Of a stretch of 64,000 nucleotides of DNA, positions 1 through 9,820 are shown piece by piece. The DNA comes from an uncultured bacterium (GTDB lineage: Bacteria; Omnitrophota; Omnitrophia; Omnitrophales; Aquincolibacteriaceae). The notes under the pieces are model-generated. The model searched no databases. It was not told where the DNA came from and was given only the letters and a program-made list of their open reading frames with translations. Made by a program: the position numbers and the translations under genes. The stretch is taken from assembly GCA_964410905.1 (NCBI GenBank), contig CAYPIR010000007.1:11773-75772 (forward strand), written 5' to 3'. Every line of letters starts with the position of its first letter. Position 1 is the stretch's first letter.

Positions 1-2600
1 GTGTTTAAGGATTTGGGCGTTGATTTGCGTGATGGAAAAGAACATAAAATCGCGGAACTTGGCACGGGGATTATGCCTTTGAGTCTTTTTGAAATGACAG
101 AGGCTTTTCAAAAAATTAATCCCAAAATTAAAACGGCAGGAGTTGATATTTTTACCGCAAGAAAAATGGTGATTGACACCAAAAATAGCTTGGCGTTTTT
201 TATTGATGATGCGGGAAATCCAATAGAAATTGTTGAATTTGCTCCGACTGATACAAACGGTGTTGAGCTTCGCACGATTTATTCAAAAGGGACTACAAAT
301 GTTTATCCGGCTTTGGCGAAAATAGATGCTGGTTTTATTAATGGGACAAAAAAAATTGCCCATGAGGCGGGAGAGGAATATCGCGTCGTTGAAAATCCTA
401 CCGAAACATTTTTGCTTGATATGTCGCGGAAATTTAACATTCCTCAAGACATAACGCGATATGAGACAGGAACATCGGACTCAGCAATATTTAAAGACGC
501 TGACATCGCAACCATGTCTCATATGAAAGGTTATTTGTCCGATTTTTCAAAAGCATTGAAAGATCTTGCGCAACAAATGAAAGAGGGAGGAATTATTGTG
601 GCTTACGACGGGTATGCCAATCTTTTTCCTCTTGAAATCTGGCAGGTAAAAAATAAACACGCGGAACCGGTATTTGTCGAAAAAGATTTTTTTGCGGCGG
701 ATTTAAACGCGCAAGAAATCTTGAATGTAAATGGTAAGGTCTATCATCTTCCTCGTAGCAGTGAAGAACCGAACGAAGTCGCTACTGCCATTAGTAATTA
801 TTTTATAGGATTAGCATCGCGCAGCGAAACCCGCCAACAAGAAGAACGCAAAATCACTGGAATGACCGGCGTTGGACGAAATTTGCTTTTGCATCAATTT
901 ATGGTTTCTAACGAATTTGAAAAATGGACCGGAATCGATATTTCTCGCGGCGATTTAAAGGTGTCGGAACTTGGGACTGGAATCCTGCCGATTAGTTTTG
1001 CGGAAATGACAAATCTCCTTTGTTCCATAAATCCTAAAATCAAAACGGTTGGCGTTGACATATACAAGACGGATTTTGTAGCAATTCCTGTGGAGCATTC
1101 CGATACTCTTTATTTTGTTGATTCAAAAGGAGCGATTGGCGAGATTATGCGGATAAATAGCGATTTTTTGGTGTCGGTTTATTTAAATGAACGGACAAAA
1201 TCAAAAGAAAATATATTTGGATTTGAAAGAGAATTAAAAAAAATAGCAGGTAAAAAGTCTTTGGAGCGAACTTATAAGTTGGGTTGGCAAGATTTTGAAG
1301 TTTATTTTGACCCCGCGGAAAAATTTCTCAATTGGGCAAGCGGTAATGGAAATTTTAATAGGCAAAACGCATCTCTTTATCAAGGAGACGCGTCTTCGGA
1401 ACAATTGAAGAACTCTGATATCGTGATTATGGCGCATGTGGAAGGACATTTGAAATCGCGAGGTTTGTGGGGAAAAACTTTGCGAGAACTTGCTAGGAAT
1501 ATAAAAAGCGGCGGCGTTATTTTGAGTTATGACGAATTTGCCGGAGTAAAGAACAATTTAAATATTTGGAAAGTGAATAGTGAACATTTATTTACTCGTG
1601 TTGATAACGGATTTAAATTAGCTTCAGAATACAATCCGCCAGGGGATGCTGGTGTGCCTTCTAAATCTGTTTTGTTAGGAGACGAATCAAAAGAAACGCT
1701 TACATTTACACCTCAAGCGGAAGATTCTCTTGCGACAACTTCTCAACTAAGGCGAAATCTTTTGGATGCGTTTTCTAGACAAAACATTTCGGAATTTTTT
1801 GAAAGAGAAAAAAAAGAGGCTCGTTCCGAGACTAGAGCGAAAATAACAGGGCGGACAGATAGCGGCGACCGCAATAAAATTTTATTTCAATTTTTAACAT
1901 CCAATACATTTCGTCAAATTACAAATATTGACTTTTCTAAAGACGCCCCCAAAATCGTGGACTTTGGATTTGGAATTATGCCGTTTCATCTTCCATTCTT
2001 GAATGCTTTTTTAAAAGATCGTAATCCTTTTGCTGAAATCATTGGCATTGATCAATTTAGGGCGGATGCGATTGTTATTGATAAAACAAAACCTAATTTA
2101 TGGGCATTTATGGAAACGGTGGGAAATATCGCGGAAGTTATGGAGGTGAGTCAGCCAAACGGCGCTGACGGGCAATTTGAAATGCATCACTTTATGAAAC
2201 GTTTTCTTTTGTCGAATTTTGATGAAGAGCGACGAGAGTTTGACGCGGCATACATTGAATCTTTTAACCGAGCGAAAAATGGCGAAACTAAACTTGGTGA
2301 TATGCAAGTTATTTTAAACCCGATTGCGCATTTTCTTGAATATTCAAAGAAACGGCAAGGTGTTGAAGGCGATTTTATTCGTGCGGAGGTTGGAAGCGAA
2401 AGCTCTGAAGAATTAAAAGATGCGGATGTTATTTTGATGTCGCATGTTACTGTTCATTACACAAGAGACGGGATGAAAGAATTGATCGGCTCTGTCTTAA
2501 AACAAATGAAGCCGGGCGGAGTTGTTGTCGAATGGACTTATGGATTTGATGACGGAGGGACGGTTTATCTCTGGAAACTCGGGAGGAATGGCGAAGCGAC
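1..2600 (+). other. Three diverged tandem protein-level repeats (~300 aa each) of a SAM-MTase-like fold, at approx nt 1-690, 900-1620 and 1900-2600.
   Basis: The block ITG.TG.GRN.L..QF..SN.F....IDxS / ELGTGI.P / D..IM.HV / GG... recurs three times in the translation. Confidence 0.6.
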
Positions 2601-5600
2601 AGAATTTTCAAAAATAGCAATATATAAAAATTCCGATTTGGGAAATGTTTCTTTTGTTTGGTTTACGCCTACCCAAGTCAATGCGCTTAAAGAGACTGTA
2701 TCAGATGCAATTCCGAGAGCGGCAATTAACGCGCAAACGATAACGAATGAATGGATAAAAAGCATTCTTGATTTTACGTCGGCCGCTGAAAAGGAGAAAG
2801 CCGGCAAAGCTGATTCGCCTAGCTCTGCTCGCGATGACAAAGTTTTTTCACAGATTGAGGATCGTGAAAAAAATATCGATATTGATTTAGCGAACAAAGC
2901 GGACGAGATGTTACCTGCGGCTAAGCCTGACGAACCCGTGTCGAAAGCGGTTGAAAAATCTTCGTATGTCGAGAAGAACGCAGAGTCTTATCAAATTTTG
3001 TTTCAGGATTATTGGGACAAAAACCCAATCGCTCAAACGGATACAAAGAAACTAATGAATCGAATGTCTGTCCTGTCAAAGACTCTATCGAAACTTCTCT
3101 CAGCGCCTGATGCTATGCAAAATGCATTGCATCTCAAAAGACTGCTTGATGCAAACTTTAAAAGTAAAAAACTTCTTCCCGAAGCGGAGAAAATGATTCG
3201 CTCATTTCTTAATGTCTATGAGCTACGCAGGAACGGTGAACCAATAAATGTTGGTTATGTGATCTCGATGTATGGCGAGGCGGATAGGTTAAACGCGGAA
3301 TCTCTTGATAATTTGCTGGGCGAAGACGCTCTGGCTGAAAAAATCGCTGAATTAGATGAGTTGTATTCGGTAAATTTAAATGTTCATTACCGGTTGCTCT
3401 TAGTTGATGATGGAGAATTTAACGGCCAACGCGATAAATCAGACGAAACTTTGAGTTTTGAAATCGTGCCTTCAAATTATAGGGAAAACTTTTTACAGAA
3501 CGTTTCGAGTTGGATTAATAAAAACTTCGCTCTGAATGCGCATAAATTTTTGCACGAATTTTTTGACGAAAATAAAAACACACAATTTCGCGTGAAGTCA
3601 AAGTATGGCGGAATATCGTCTGGTGAGACTGCACTTCAAATTTTGCAAGAGCGTTTCGCGGACAAATTAAAATCGGGACAGGTAAAAGTTTTTTTTGTTG
3701 ATAAAAAACAAAAAAAACAAATCAGCGGACGGAAAGGGAGCGGTGTGATTTTGGGGATGCGTAAGGCTATAAACGACGGCGCTGATTATGTGATTTTTAC
3801 AGGTACGGATAGAACCATTCATACGGGGCAGTCTGGACTTCTTTTGTCGGATCTTGTAGCGGGAAAAACAGATGTTGTGATTGGCAGTCGACGGCTTAGC
3901 GACAGTATTGTTTATGGGCAATCAAATGGGGAAAATCGCGCGAGTTTTCTTTATAACAAATTCGCAAGATTATTTTTGCGAGCGGGAAAAATCAAAGACA
4001 CGCAGGAAGGTTTTAAAGGATTTACGCGTGATATCCTGGAACGAATTTTACCCGTTGATAATGCTTGGTATCTCGATGAGAAATTTACATATGACTATAC
4101 GTTTGATACGCATTTGCTTATGCGTGCTCGTGATGTATCTGATAAGCCGATAAAAGAAGTTTCGACCGTGTGGATTAATAACTCTCGTGCTGGAATGAGA
4201 CGGACTAATAGCGAACAGGACATGTCGTTGATAAAAAAGCGTGAATTTAAGAGACTTAAAGATTATAAGCGAGCGATTGAATCAGGAAAATACGAAAACG
4301 GCGGATTGCAAAAAGGTTCGATGGTTGATTTGAGAGGAATTGATAAGAGAGTCATATTTGTTGGAGATATTCACGGGAGAGTCGACAACTTGAACAGCGT
4401 TTTAGAAAGGAATAATAATTTTGAAGATATAGCGGACGGCAATGCGGTTTTAATTCTTACCGGAGACATCGTTCACAGCAAAGATGAATATCTTAATCGC
4501 ACGGGAAATGAAACGGAGTTTGGAGAGAATTCGTATGAGGCGATTAAACGAGTAATGGATCTTAAAATAATGTCGCCGCAAAATGTTTACTTGCTTGGAG
4601 CTGATCATGAACAAGACGCGCGGGCTGTTGGTATTCCAATCGATAAGAGGATAGTCAATCAGAGTCAGAATTATTTTGATTATCTGGAGAAGTTTTTCGG
4701 AGATAATTTTTTAAAGCAATATCGGAGGGCCATGAGCACTGCACCTATTTTGGCGATTGGCTCCAATTTTTTAGCCGCGCACGCTGGTCCGATTAAGCGG
4801 ATTAGATATGGTGATTTGCCGAATAATTTGGAGGAGTTTCTAACTTCCAGAAATGATTTGTTTGCTTCCGTAAATAACGGAATAGTCGATGACCTCATAG
4901 GTATTCACAATCGTGTTGACGTAGGTTTTGGTGAAGAGGAAGTTATCAGATTTTTTGAGCTTTTTGGAATGGATCCGTCCAAATCTATATTTATAACGGG
5001 GCATTCTCCTGAAGACCCGAAAATTCCGATTTTTCAACCTTATGACAGTAAATTAATTGTGTCGGTGGCGCAATTTGATAAATTCGCTTGGGAAGAAATT
5101 ATGCCTGACGGTGAGCTGAAAGTATTTGACATGGATTCGTCTGATGCGGAAACGGCTAAAAGTGAGCAACGTGCTAAAGATTCTTCCGCGTCTGACGGCA
5201 GTTACGCGGATAATTTGATGCGCGAGAAACAAGAACGTAAATTTTATAGCATTCCACGAAATCGCGCGGATCGCGCGAAAGGAAAAGAAAATCCTAATGT
5301 CCGTGCGCTCAACAATATTATTCGCTCGCAACTTCGTCCTTTGGCTGATGACGCGCCGGACGCGAAAATCGCCATAACCCTATTGCTTGGCGGATTTCTT
5401 AATTTAGGCGAAATGAGCAATGATGAAATAAAAGATTTTGCGGAAGTTTTGGCTAGCTTTGTTCAAGAAAAAACTGAAGAATCCATAGAAACTATTTTTG
5501 CGCGTCATTTCCCAAACTCTATGATTTTAAGCTCGGAACCTTCGTCTGTTATGGAGTTTTTTGACGCGGTTCCTACTGAAGAAGATAAGAAACGAATATT

Positions 5601-6102
5601 AAACGATGTCAAGGCTTTGCTTCTTTTAAATAGAAATTTATCATACAAATTGGTCTTTCCATTTGAAACTAATTTGAGAAATTTTAATGAAAACCTTGAG
5701 AAGTTTGCCACGGAAAACGGTATAGAAAATTTGCGATTGCGATTTTCAGTTATAGCGAGCAGACAAACACCAAAAAATTTGATGGCTCTTGCGCGCGCGC
5801 TTTCGCTTAGATATGGAAGCTCCACGGTGATTATTGGTGACGGCAAAGCTCTTTCAATGCTTGGAGATGATTTGATGCGGCCTAAAACTAAAATAATCGA
5901 AAGGCGTTTTTCGGGTCTTTCGCCGCTTGCTACCGTATCGCGCGTGAAGGCTGTGGTCTTATCTCGCGATTTTAAAGAAGATGATTTGGCGATAACTAAA
6001 AAGGGTTCTCGCTATGAATTTAATATCAAAATTCTAAGTCAAATGATGGATTCTATTGTAACCGCGATTAACGGTTTACTGAGTCTATCCAGGTCGGCGT
6101 AG
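1..6102 (+). CDS. Giant multidomain protein, 5'-truncated by the window edge (>=2033 aa). It carries three tandem class-I SAM-methyltransferase-like modules, a GT2 glycosyltransferase domain and a calcineurin-like metallophosphoesterase domain, followed by a C-terminal region of unknown function.
   Basis: The ORF is open from base 1 to the stop at 6100-6102. Motif-I-like ELGTGIMP/ELGTGILP/DFGFGIMP and post-I DIATMSHM..EGGIIV / DIVIMAHV..KSGGVIL / DVILMSHV..KPGGVVV recur three times. GT2 motifs ISMYGEADRL, LLVDDGE, GADYVIFTGTDRT and DTQEGFKGF are present. Phosphoesterase motifs VGDIHGR, LTGDIVH, GADHE, AAHAGP and ITGHSPED are present. Confidence 0.8.
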   Translation: MFKDLGVDLRDGKEHKIAELGTGIMPLSLFEMTEAFQKINPKIKTAGVDIFTARKMVIDTKNSLAFFIDDAGNPIEIVEFAPTDTNGVELRTIYSKGTTNVYPALAKIDAGFINGTKKIAHEAGEEYRVVENPTETFLLDMSRKFNIPQDITRYETGTSDSAIFKDADIATMSHMKGYLSDFSKALKDLAQQMKEGGIIVAYDGYANLFPLEIWQVKNKHAEPVFVEKDFFAADLNAQEILNVNGKVYHLPRSSEEPNEVATAISNYFIGLASRSETRQQEERKITGMTGVGRNLLLHQFMVSNEFEKWTGIDISRGDLKVSELGTGILPISFAEMTNLLCSINPKIKTVGVDIYKTDFVAIPVEHSDTLYFVDSKGAIGEIMRINSDFLVSVYLNERTKSKENIFGFERELKKIAGKKSLERTYKLGWQDFEVYFDPAEKFLNWASGNGNFNRQNASLYQGDASSEQLKNSDIVIMAHVEGHLKSRGLWGKTLRELARNIKSGGVILSYDEFAGVKNNLNIWKVNSEHLFTRVDNGFKLASEYNPPGDAGVPSKSVLLGDESKETLTFTPQAEDSLATTSQLRRNLLDAFSRQNISEFFEREKKEARSETRAKITGRTDSGDRNKILFQFLTSNTFRQITNIDFSKDAPKIVDFGFGIMPFHLPFLNAFLKDRNPFAEIIGIDQFRADAIVIDKTKPNLWAFMETVGNIAEVMEVSQPNGADGQFEMHHFMKRFLLSNFDEERREFDAAYIESFNRAKNGETKLGDMQVILNPIAHFLEYSKKRQGVEGDFIRAEVGSESSEELKDADVILMSHVTVHYTRDGMKELIGSVLKQMKPGGVVVEWTYGFDDGGTVYLWKLGRNGEATEFSKIAIYKNSDLGNVSFVWFTPTQVNALKETVSDAIPRAAINAQTITNEWIKSILDFTSAAEKEKAGKADSPSSARDDKVFSQIEDREKNIDIDLANKADEMLPAAKPDEPVSKAVEKSSYVEKNAESYQILFQDYWDKNPIAQTDTKKLMNRMSVLSKTLSKLLSAPDAMQNALHLKRLLDANFKSKKLLPEAEKMIRSFLNVYELRRNGEPINVGYVISMYGEADRLNAESLDNLLGEDALAEKIAELDELYSVNLNVHYRLLLVDDGEFNGQRDKSDETLSFEIVPSNYRENFLQNVSSWINKNFALNAHKFLHEFFDENKNTQFRVKSKYGGISSGETALQILQERFADKLKSGQVKVFFVDKKQKKQISGRKGSGVILGMRKAINDGADYVIFTGTDRTIHTGQSGLLLSDLVAGKTDVVIGSRRLSDSIVYGQSNGENRASFLYNKFARLFLRAGKIKDTQEGFKGFTRDILERILPVDNAWYLDEKFTYDYTFDTHLLMRARDVSDKPIKEVSTVWINNSRAGMRRTNSEQDMSLIKKREFKRLKDYKRAIESGKYENGGLQKGSMVDLRGIDKRVIFVGDIHGRVDNLNSVLERNNNFEDIADGNAVLILTGDIVHSKDEYLNRTGNETEFGENSYEAIKRVMDLKIMSPQNVYLLGADHEQDARAVGIPIDKRIVNQSQNYFDYLEKFFGDNFLKQYRRAMSTAPILAIGSNFLAAHAGPIKRIRYGDLPNNLEEFLTSRNDLFASVNNGIVDDLIGIHNRVDVGFGEEEVIRFFELFGMDPSKSIFITGHSPEDPKIPIFQPYDSKLIVSVAQFDKFAWEEIMPDGELKVFDMDSSDAETAKSEQRAKDSSASDGSYADNLMREKQERKFYSIPRNRADRAKGKENPNVRALNNIIRSQLRPLADDAPDAKIAITLLLGGFLNLGEMSNDEIKDFAEVLASFVQEKTEESIETIFARHFPNSMILSSEPSSVMEFFDAVPTEEDKKRILNDVKALLLLNRNLSYKLVFPFETNLRNFNENLEKFATENGIENLRLRFSVIASRQTPKNLMALARALSLRYGSSTVIIGDGKALSMLGDDLMRPKTKIIERRFSGLSPLATVSRVKAVVLSRDFKEDDLAITKKGSRYEFNIKILSQMMDSIVTAINGLLSLSRSA
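3240..4150 (+). other. GT2 (DPM1/GtrB-like) glycosyltransferase domain inside the giant protein.
   Basis: DDG, DxD-like and DTQ(E/C)GFK motifs occur in the canonical order. Confidence 0.6.
4320..5030 (+). other. Calcineurin-like metallophosphoesterase domain inside the giant protein.
   Basis: GDIHG...GDxVH...G(A)DHE...AHAGP...GHSP metal-ligand motif series. Confidence 0.6.
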
Positions 6103-6274
6103 TTATTGAATGGCGCGGAGTATAAAAAATGCCTTCAGCGACGAACAATGTTGTTGAGGATACGCGGAGGTTGGGCGTTAATAGCATTTTTTTGTCTAAT
6201 CCTCTGTATTTGCGATAAAAACATTCGGGGATAGCGGCATGAGCAATAAAATGAATTTTCTTCATAGTTATTGA

Positions 6275-7096
6275 TTGAAAGTGTGTCTTGAGTCGGTAAA
6301 ATGTCGCGTTATGAAAGTCTTAAAAGAAAAATATTTCAATTCTCTCGAAAGTCTCATCCGCTCAAGCGTTCTCTGGGCGGAAACTGTTTTTCTCACCTTC
6401 TTTTATTCTTTCACAATCTTGATTGTGTTTTGTTTTTACTCGTTTTTCTTTGACCGTGAAAGACGCGAAATTCCGCAATGGCTTTCTTCAGATTGGTCTC
6501 GCTCAATTCTTAGATGGAGTCAGATTTGGCGAATAGTAGTAACGGGAAAAAAGAATATTCAAAAAGGAAAGCATTACATTGTTGTGGCGAATCATCAAAG
6601 TATGCTAGATATTTTGGCGGTAAACGCGGCGCTGCCTCTTAATTTTAAATTTCTCGCTAAAAAAGAACTTTTTGATATTCCTTTTATGGGCTGGGGAATG
6701 GCGGCAATCGGATATATCCCAGTAAATCGAGCCAGTAGCCGAAGCGGACTCGAAGCGATCAGGCAAATTTCAAATTGTCTTGGCAAAAACGTCAGTGTTC
6801 TCCTTTTTCCTGAAGGAACGCGAAGCCCGGACGGAGAAATTTATGATTTTAAGATGGGAGCGTTTAAAATTGCGCGCGATCATCGCGCGGAAATTTTGCC
6901 TATAGTGATAGACGGGACAGGACAAGCGCTTCCTAAAAACTCCTGGCTCATACGAAAAAAAAGCGCGTTTGTTGTCTCAATTGGCAAACCTATTCCGCTT
7001 GAAGGGATTAGCGGGGAAAAACTCGCAGATGCTAAAGAGTCGATTCGTCTTGAGATGATAGAACGCCTTCAGTTAATCAGAAAAGGGGAAAAATAA
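6275..7096 (+). CDS. plsC: 1-acyl-sn-glycerol-3-phosphate acyltransferase (LPLAT family). The true start may be the ATG at 6311.
   Basis: HxxxxD motif (ANHQSMLD) and FPEGTRS motif. An N-terminal TM helix is present. Confidence 0.75.
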   Translation: MKVCLESVKCRVMKVLKEKYFNSLESLIRSSVLWAETVFLTFFYSFTILIVFCFYSFFFDRERREIPQWLSSDWSRSILRWSQIWRIVVTGKKNIQKGKHYIVVANHQSMLDILAVNAALPLNFKFLAKKELFDIPFMGWGMAAIGYIPVNRASSRSGLEAIRQISNCLGKNVSVLLFPEGTRSPDGEIYDFKMGAFKIARDHRAEILPIVIDGTGQALPKNSWLIRKKSAFVVSIGKPIPLEGISGEKLADAKESIRLEMIERLQLIRKGEK

Positions 7097-8197
7097 ATGT
7101 CTGAGCGAGCGGAACAAGCAAAGGCTTATCAAGCGATTCGCCGCAAAATTTCAATTTTCAGTCTTTTTTTATCTCCCGCAATTCTTTTAATTTTACTCGT
7201 AAGCGGCTGGACTTTTTTGATGCGACAAAACTCTATTGCTTTATCCGGCGATAATGAATGGCTTGTTGTGGCGAATTATTTTTTTCTCTTTACGATTTTT
7301 CAACTTATTTTTGAATTGCCGCTTTCATACTATTCTTCGTTTTCACTAGAACATAAATTTAAACTTTCCAACCAAACTTTTTTGGCGTGGGCAAAAGAAA
7401 CGCTGAAAAAAATAACGCTTTCATTTTTTCTTTCTCTCGTGCTTATTGAAACACTTTATTTTTTTATCCGCCAATTCCCGAATGTTTGGTGGATTTTGGC
7501 ATGGTGCGGTTACGCTTTCGTTAGTTATGTTATGGGAAAAGTTTTTCCTGTTTTTATTGTGCCCCTTTTTTATAAATACAGTGATTTGAAAGACGATTTG
7601 TTGAAGCGGAAAATTTTTGCGCTTGCCGAGCGTTTCAAAATGCCAATAAAAAATATTTACTCAATTAATTTAAGTTTGACTACCAAAAAGGCGAACGCCG
7701 CGTTTATGGGTTTAGGCAAAACAAAGAGAATCGTTTTGAGCGATACTTTGATTGAAAATTTTACGCATGAGGAAATTGAAATGGTTTTGGCGCACGAAAT
7801 TGGACATTTTAAAAATCATGATGTCTGGCGTTTTTTGACGCTTGGGCTCATTGCCTCGTTTGTTGTTTTTTATGTAGGATTTTTGACAATGAACGCCGTA
7901 GCCGTAAAATTTTCAATACAAACCATTTCTGACATTGCGGGTTTGCCGCTTCTTTTTTTGATTTTTTGTATTATGAATTTAATGGGGACTCCAATTTTGA
8001 ATGGATACTCGAGAAGGAGAGAATACGCGGCGGATGCGTTTGCTCTTTTGGCCACAAAGAACCTTGGAGTTTTTATTTCGTGTATGAAAAAACTAGAATC
8101 TCAAAATCTTGCCGATCCGGAGCCGCCAGTTTGGTATGAATGGTTTTTTTACGATCATCCGTCAATTCCTAAACGTATCGCGAGGGCAAAAAAATGA
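7097..8197 (+). CDS. Integral-membrane M48-family zinc metallopeptidase (Ste24/HtpX-like).
   Basis: Multiple TM helices and an HEIGH (HEXXH) motif with a downstream E. The C-terminal motif is ...YDHPS. Confidence 0.7.
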   Translation: MSERAEQAKAYQAIRRKISIFSLFLSPAILLILLVSGWTFLMRQNSIALSGDNEWLVVANYFFLFTIFQLIFELPLSYYSSFSLEHKFKLSNQTFLAWAKETLKKITLSFFLSLVLIETLYFFIRQFPNVWWILAWCGYAFVSYVMGKVFPVFIVPLFYKYSDLKDDLLKRKIFALAERFKMPIKNIYSINLSLTTKKANAAFMGLGKTKRIVLSDTLIENFTHEEIEMVLAHEIGHFKNHDVWRFLTLGLIASFVVFYVGFLTMNAVAVKFSIQTISDIAGLPLLFLIFCIMNLMGTPILNGYSRRREYAADAFALLATKNLGVFISCMKKLESQNLADPEPPVWYEWFFYDHPSIPKRIARAKK

Positions 8198-9303
8198 ATT
8201 TTAGAAAAAAGTTTTTTGTTTTTTTTGTGTTCTTTACCGCGGCTCTTTGCCAAAGCGTTTTTGCTGAAGACTCTGATTATGCGAAAGAGACAATGGAACG
8301 GCGTCAGCAGACAGAAATAGACGGATTTCTTTATGGCTATACAAAAGATATACCAACGATGACTTTGTCCATACAGTTTTTCAATGACGCGGTAAAGTTT
8401 TTCGAGAAAAATGAGTTTGATCTTTCGCGTGAAGCGCTGCAACAAGCAATAGAGCTAGAGCCGCGAAATTCTCTTGCTTTCGAACTTTTGGGGGATATTG
8501 AAAATCTTCATCAAAAATTTGATTTGGCAGAGCATTATTACAAGAAAAGTTATCTGGTTAGTGCTTCATCGCGCATTAAAGACAAAATAGGAAAACTGCA
8601 AAAAGAGCGTTCGGTGGAGGATAACTTTGATACGGATGAAGACGAACTCTTTTTAATTAAATATCGCCGCGGCGAGCAAAGCTATGACAGTTCCGAACTG
8701 AAAGGTTTTTTGCGTGATGCCTACAGACAGGTGTCGCAGGATTTTTCGTTTTATTTTAATCATAAAACCACAGTGCTTTTTTATACGGGTGAGCAGTTTC
8801 ATGAGGTAACTGGAAAAGAGAAATGGGTAACAGGACTTTATGACGGTAAAATTCGCTTGCCTGCTTATAAACAAACATTTAACCGCAAAGATTTACAGGC
8901 TGTTATAGTCCATGAACTAACACACGCGTTCGTAACTGCTTTAAGCGCTGGACGTGCTCCTGTTTGGCTGCAAGAAGGGCTCGCGCAGTATGAGCAAAAT
9001 AAAGTTGTGCCGATTGATACTATAGTTTTTGATTCCGCGGTCAGAATAAACGGACTTTTATCGTTTAATAGACTTTTTTTTGATAAGTTTGATGGCGAAA
9101 AAGTTACCCCTCTTGAAATTTCGCTTTTTTATCAAGAATCGTATAGATTTGTCAGATATTTGATCGAACGTTATAAAATGTATTACATAAAAGAATTACT
9201 CGGCAAAATCAAAGACGAAAAAACCATTGATCAAGCGATAGAAGAATCGTTTTTAATTAGCGTTTCGCAATTGGAGAAAGAATGGCTGGCAGCCCTAAAA
9301 TAA
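8194..9303 (+). CDS. Secreted TPR-containing protein with a peptidase MA-like (Peptidase_MA_2) domain.
   Basis: Signal peptide. TPR-like helices. HELTHAF...WLQEGLAQYEQ. Confidence 0.55.
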   Translation: MNFRKKFFVFFVFFTAALCQSVFAEDSDYAKETMERRQQTEIDGFLYGYTKDIPTMTLSIQFFNDAVKFFEKNEFDLSREALQQAIELEPRNSLAFELLGDIENLHQKFDLAEHYYKKSYLVSASSRIKDKIGKLQKERSVEDNFDTDEDELFLIKYRRGEQSYDSSELKGFLRDAYRQVSQDFSFYFNHKTTVLFYTGEQFHEVTGKEKWVTGLYDGKIRLPAYKQTFNRKDLQAVIVHELTHAFVTALSAGRAPVWLQEGLAQYEQNKVVPIDTIVFDSAVRINGLLSFNRLFFDKFDGEKVTPLEISLFYQESYRFVRYLIERYKMYYIKELLGKIKDEKTIDQAIEESFLISVSQLEKEWLAALK

Positions 9304-9800
9304 AAAAGCGAACAGAGCTTCAATCCTTATCAACTTTACCAGTTTTGAAAAAGTTGTCTGCCTCCGACCGCCGATATTTTGAAAATGAATTTCTCAAGAA
9401 AATTCCTTTTACTCAATCTCAAATTAGACAAATTTTGGAATGGCTTTGGGATTTAGCCAAGAGGGAAGACGCGAGTTTTTGTAAGTTAACCGAAAAGTTG
9501 GAATTTTTTAAAAATCTTGATGATGTGGAAGATTTGAGATTTAAAGCCGAAACCGTTTTCAGCCGCGTACGTCTTGCTAGGTTTCCCGAAAGCGCTAGCC
9601 GAATGGAAAAATTTGAGCAATTTAAGCGTAAGCATTTCGGCGGTATGAAAAAAGTTCGTATTGAGCCTGTTTCTGGATTTGACGAACCCGGCCTTCGATT
9701 GACAATTCAAGTGAATAATTCAGAAGAAATCAAAACGCTTGCCGTTCTGCTGCGAAAAAAAATCCCGTCGTTGAAGACGCTGTTTGAAATGACTATATAA
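9282..9800 (+). CDS. Hypothetical protein.
   Basis: 172-aa ORF in the operonic + strand series that overlaps the upstream gene by 22 nt. No recognisable motif. Confidence 0.4.
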   Translation: MAGSPKIKKRTELQSLSTLPVLKKLSASDRRYFENEFLKKIPFTQSQIRQILEWLWDLAKREDASFCKLTEKLEFFKNLDDVEDLRFKAETVFSRVRLARFPESASRMEKFEQFKRKHFGGMKKVRIEPVSGFDEPGLRLTIQVNNSEEIKTLAVLLRKKIPSLKTLFEMTI

Positions 9801-9820
9801 TTCCTATACAATAGCCTCTT

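Noticed and set aside
1234-5846. Minus-strand ORFs within 1-6102 (e.g. 2565-2897, 5505-5846) and the +2 frame ORF at 3881-4153.
   Set aside because: Shadow ORFs inside a conserved multidomain coding frame. No independent support.
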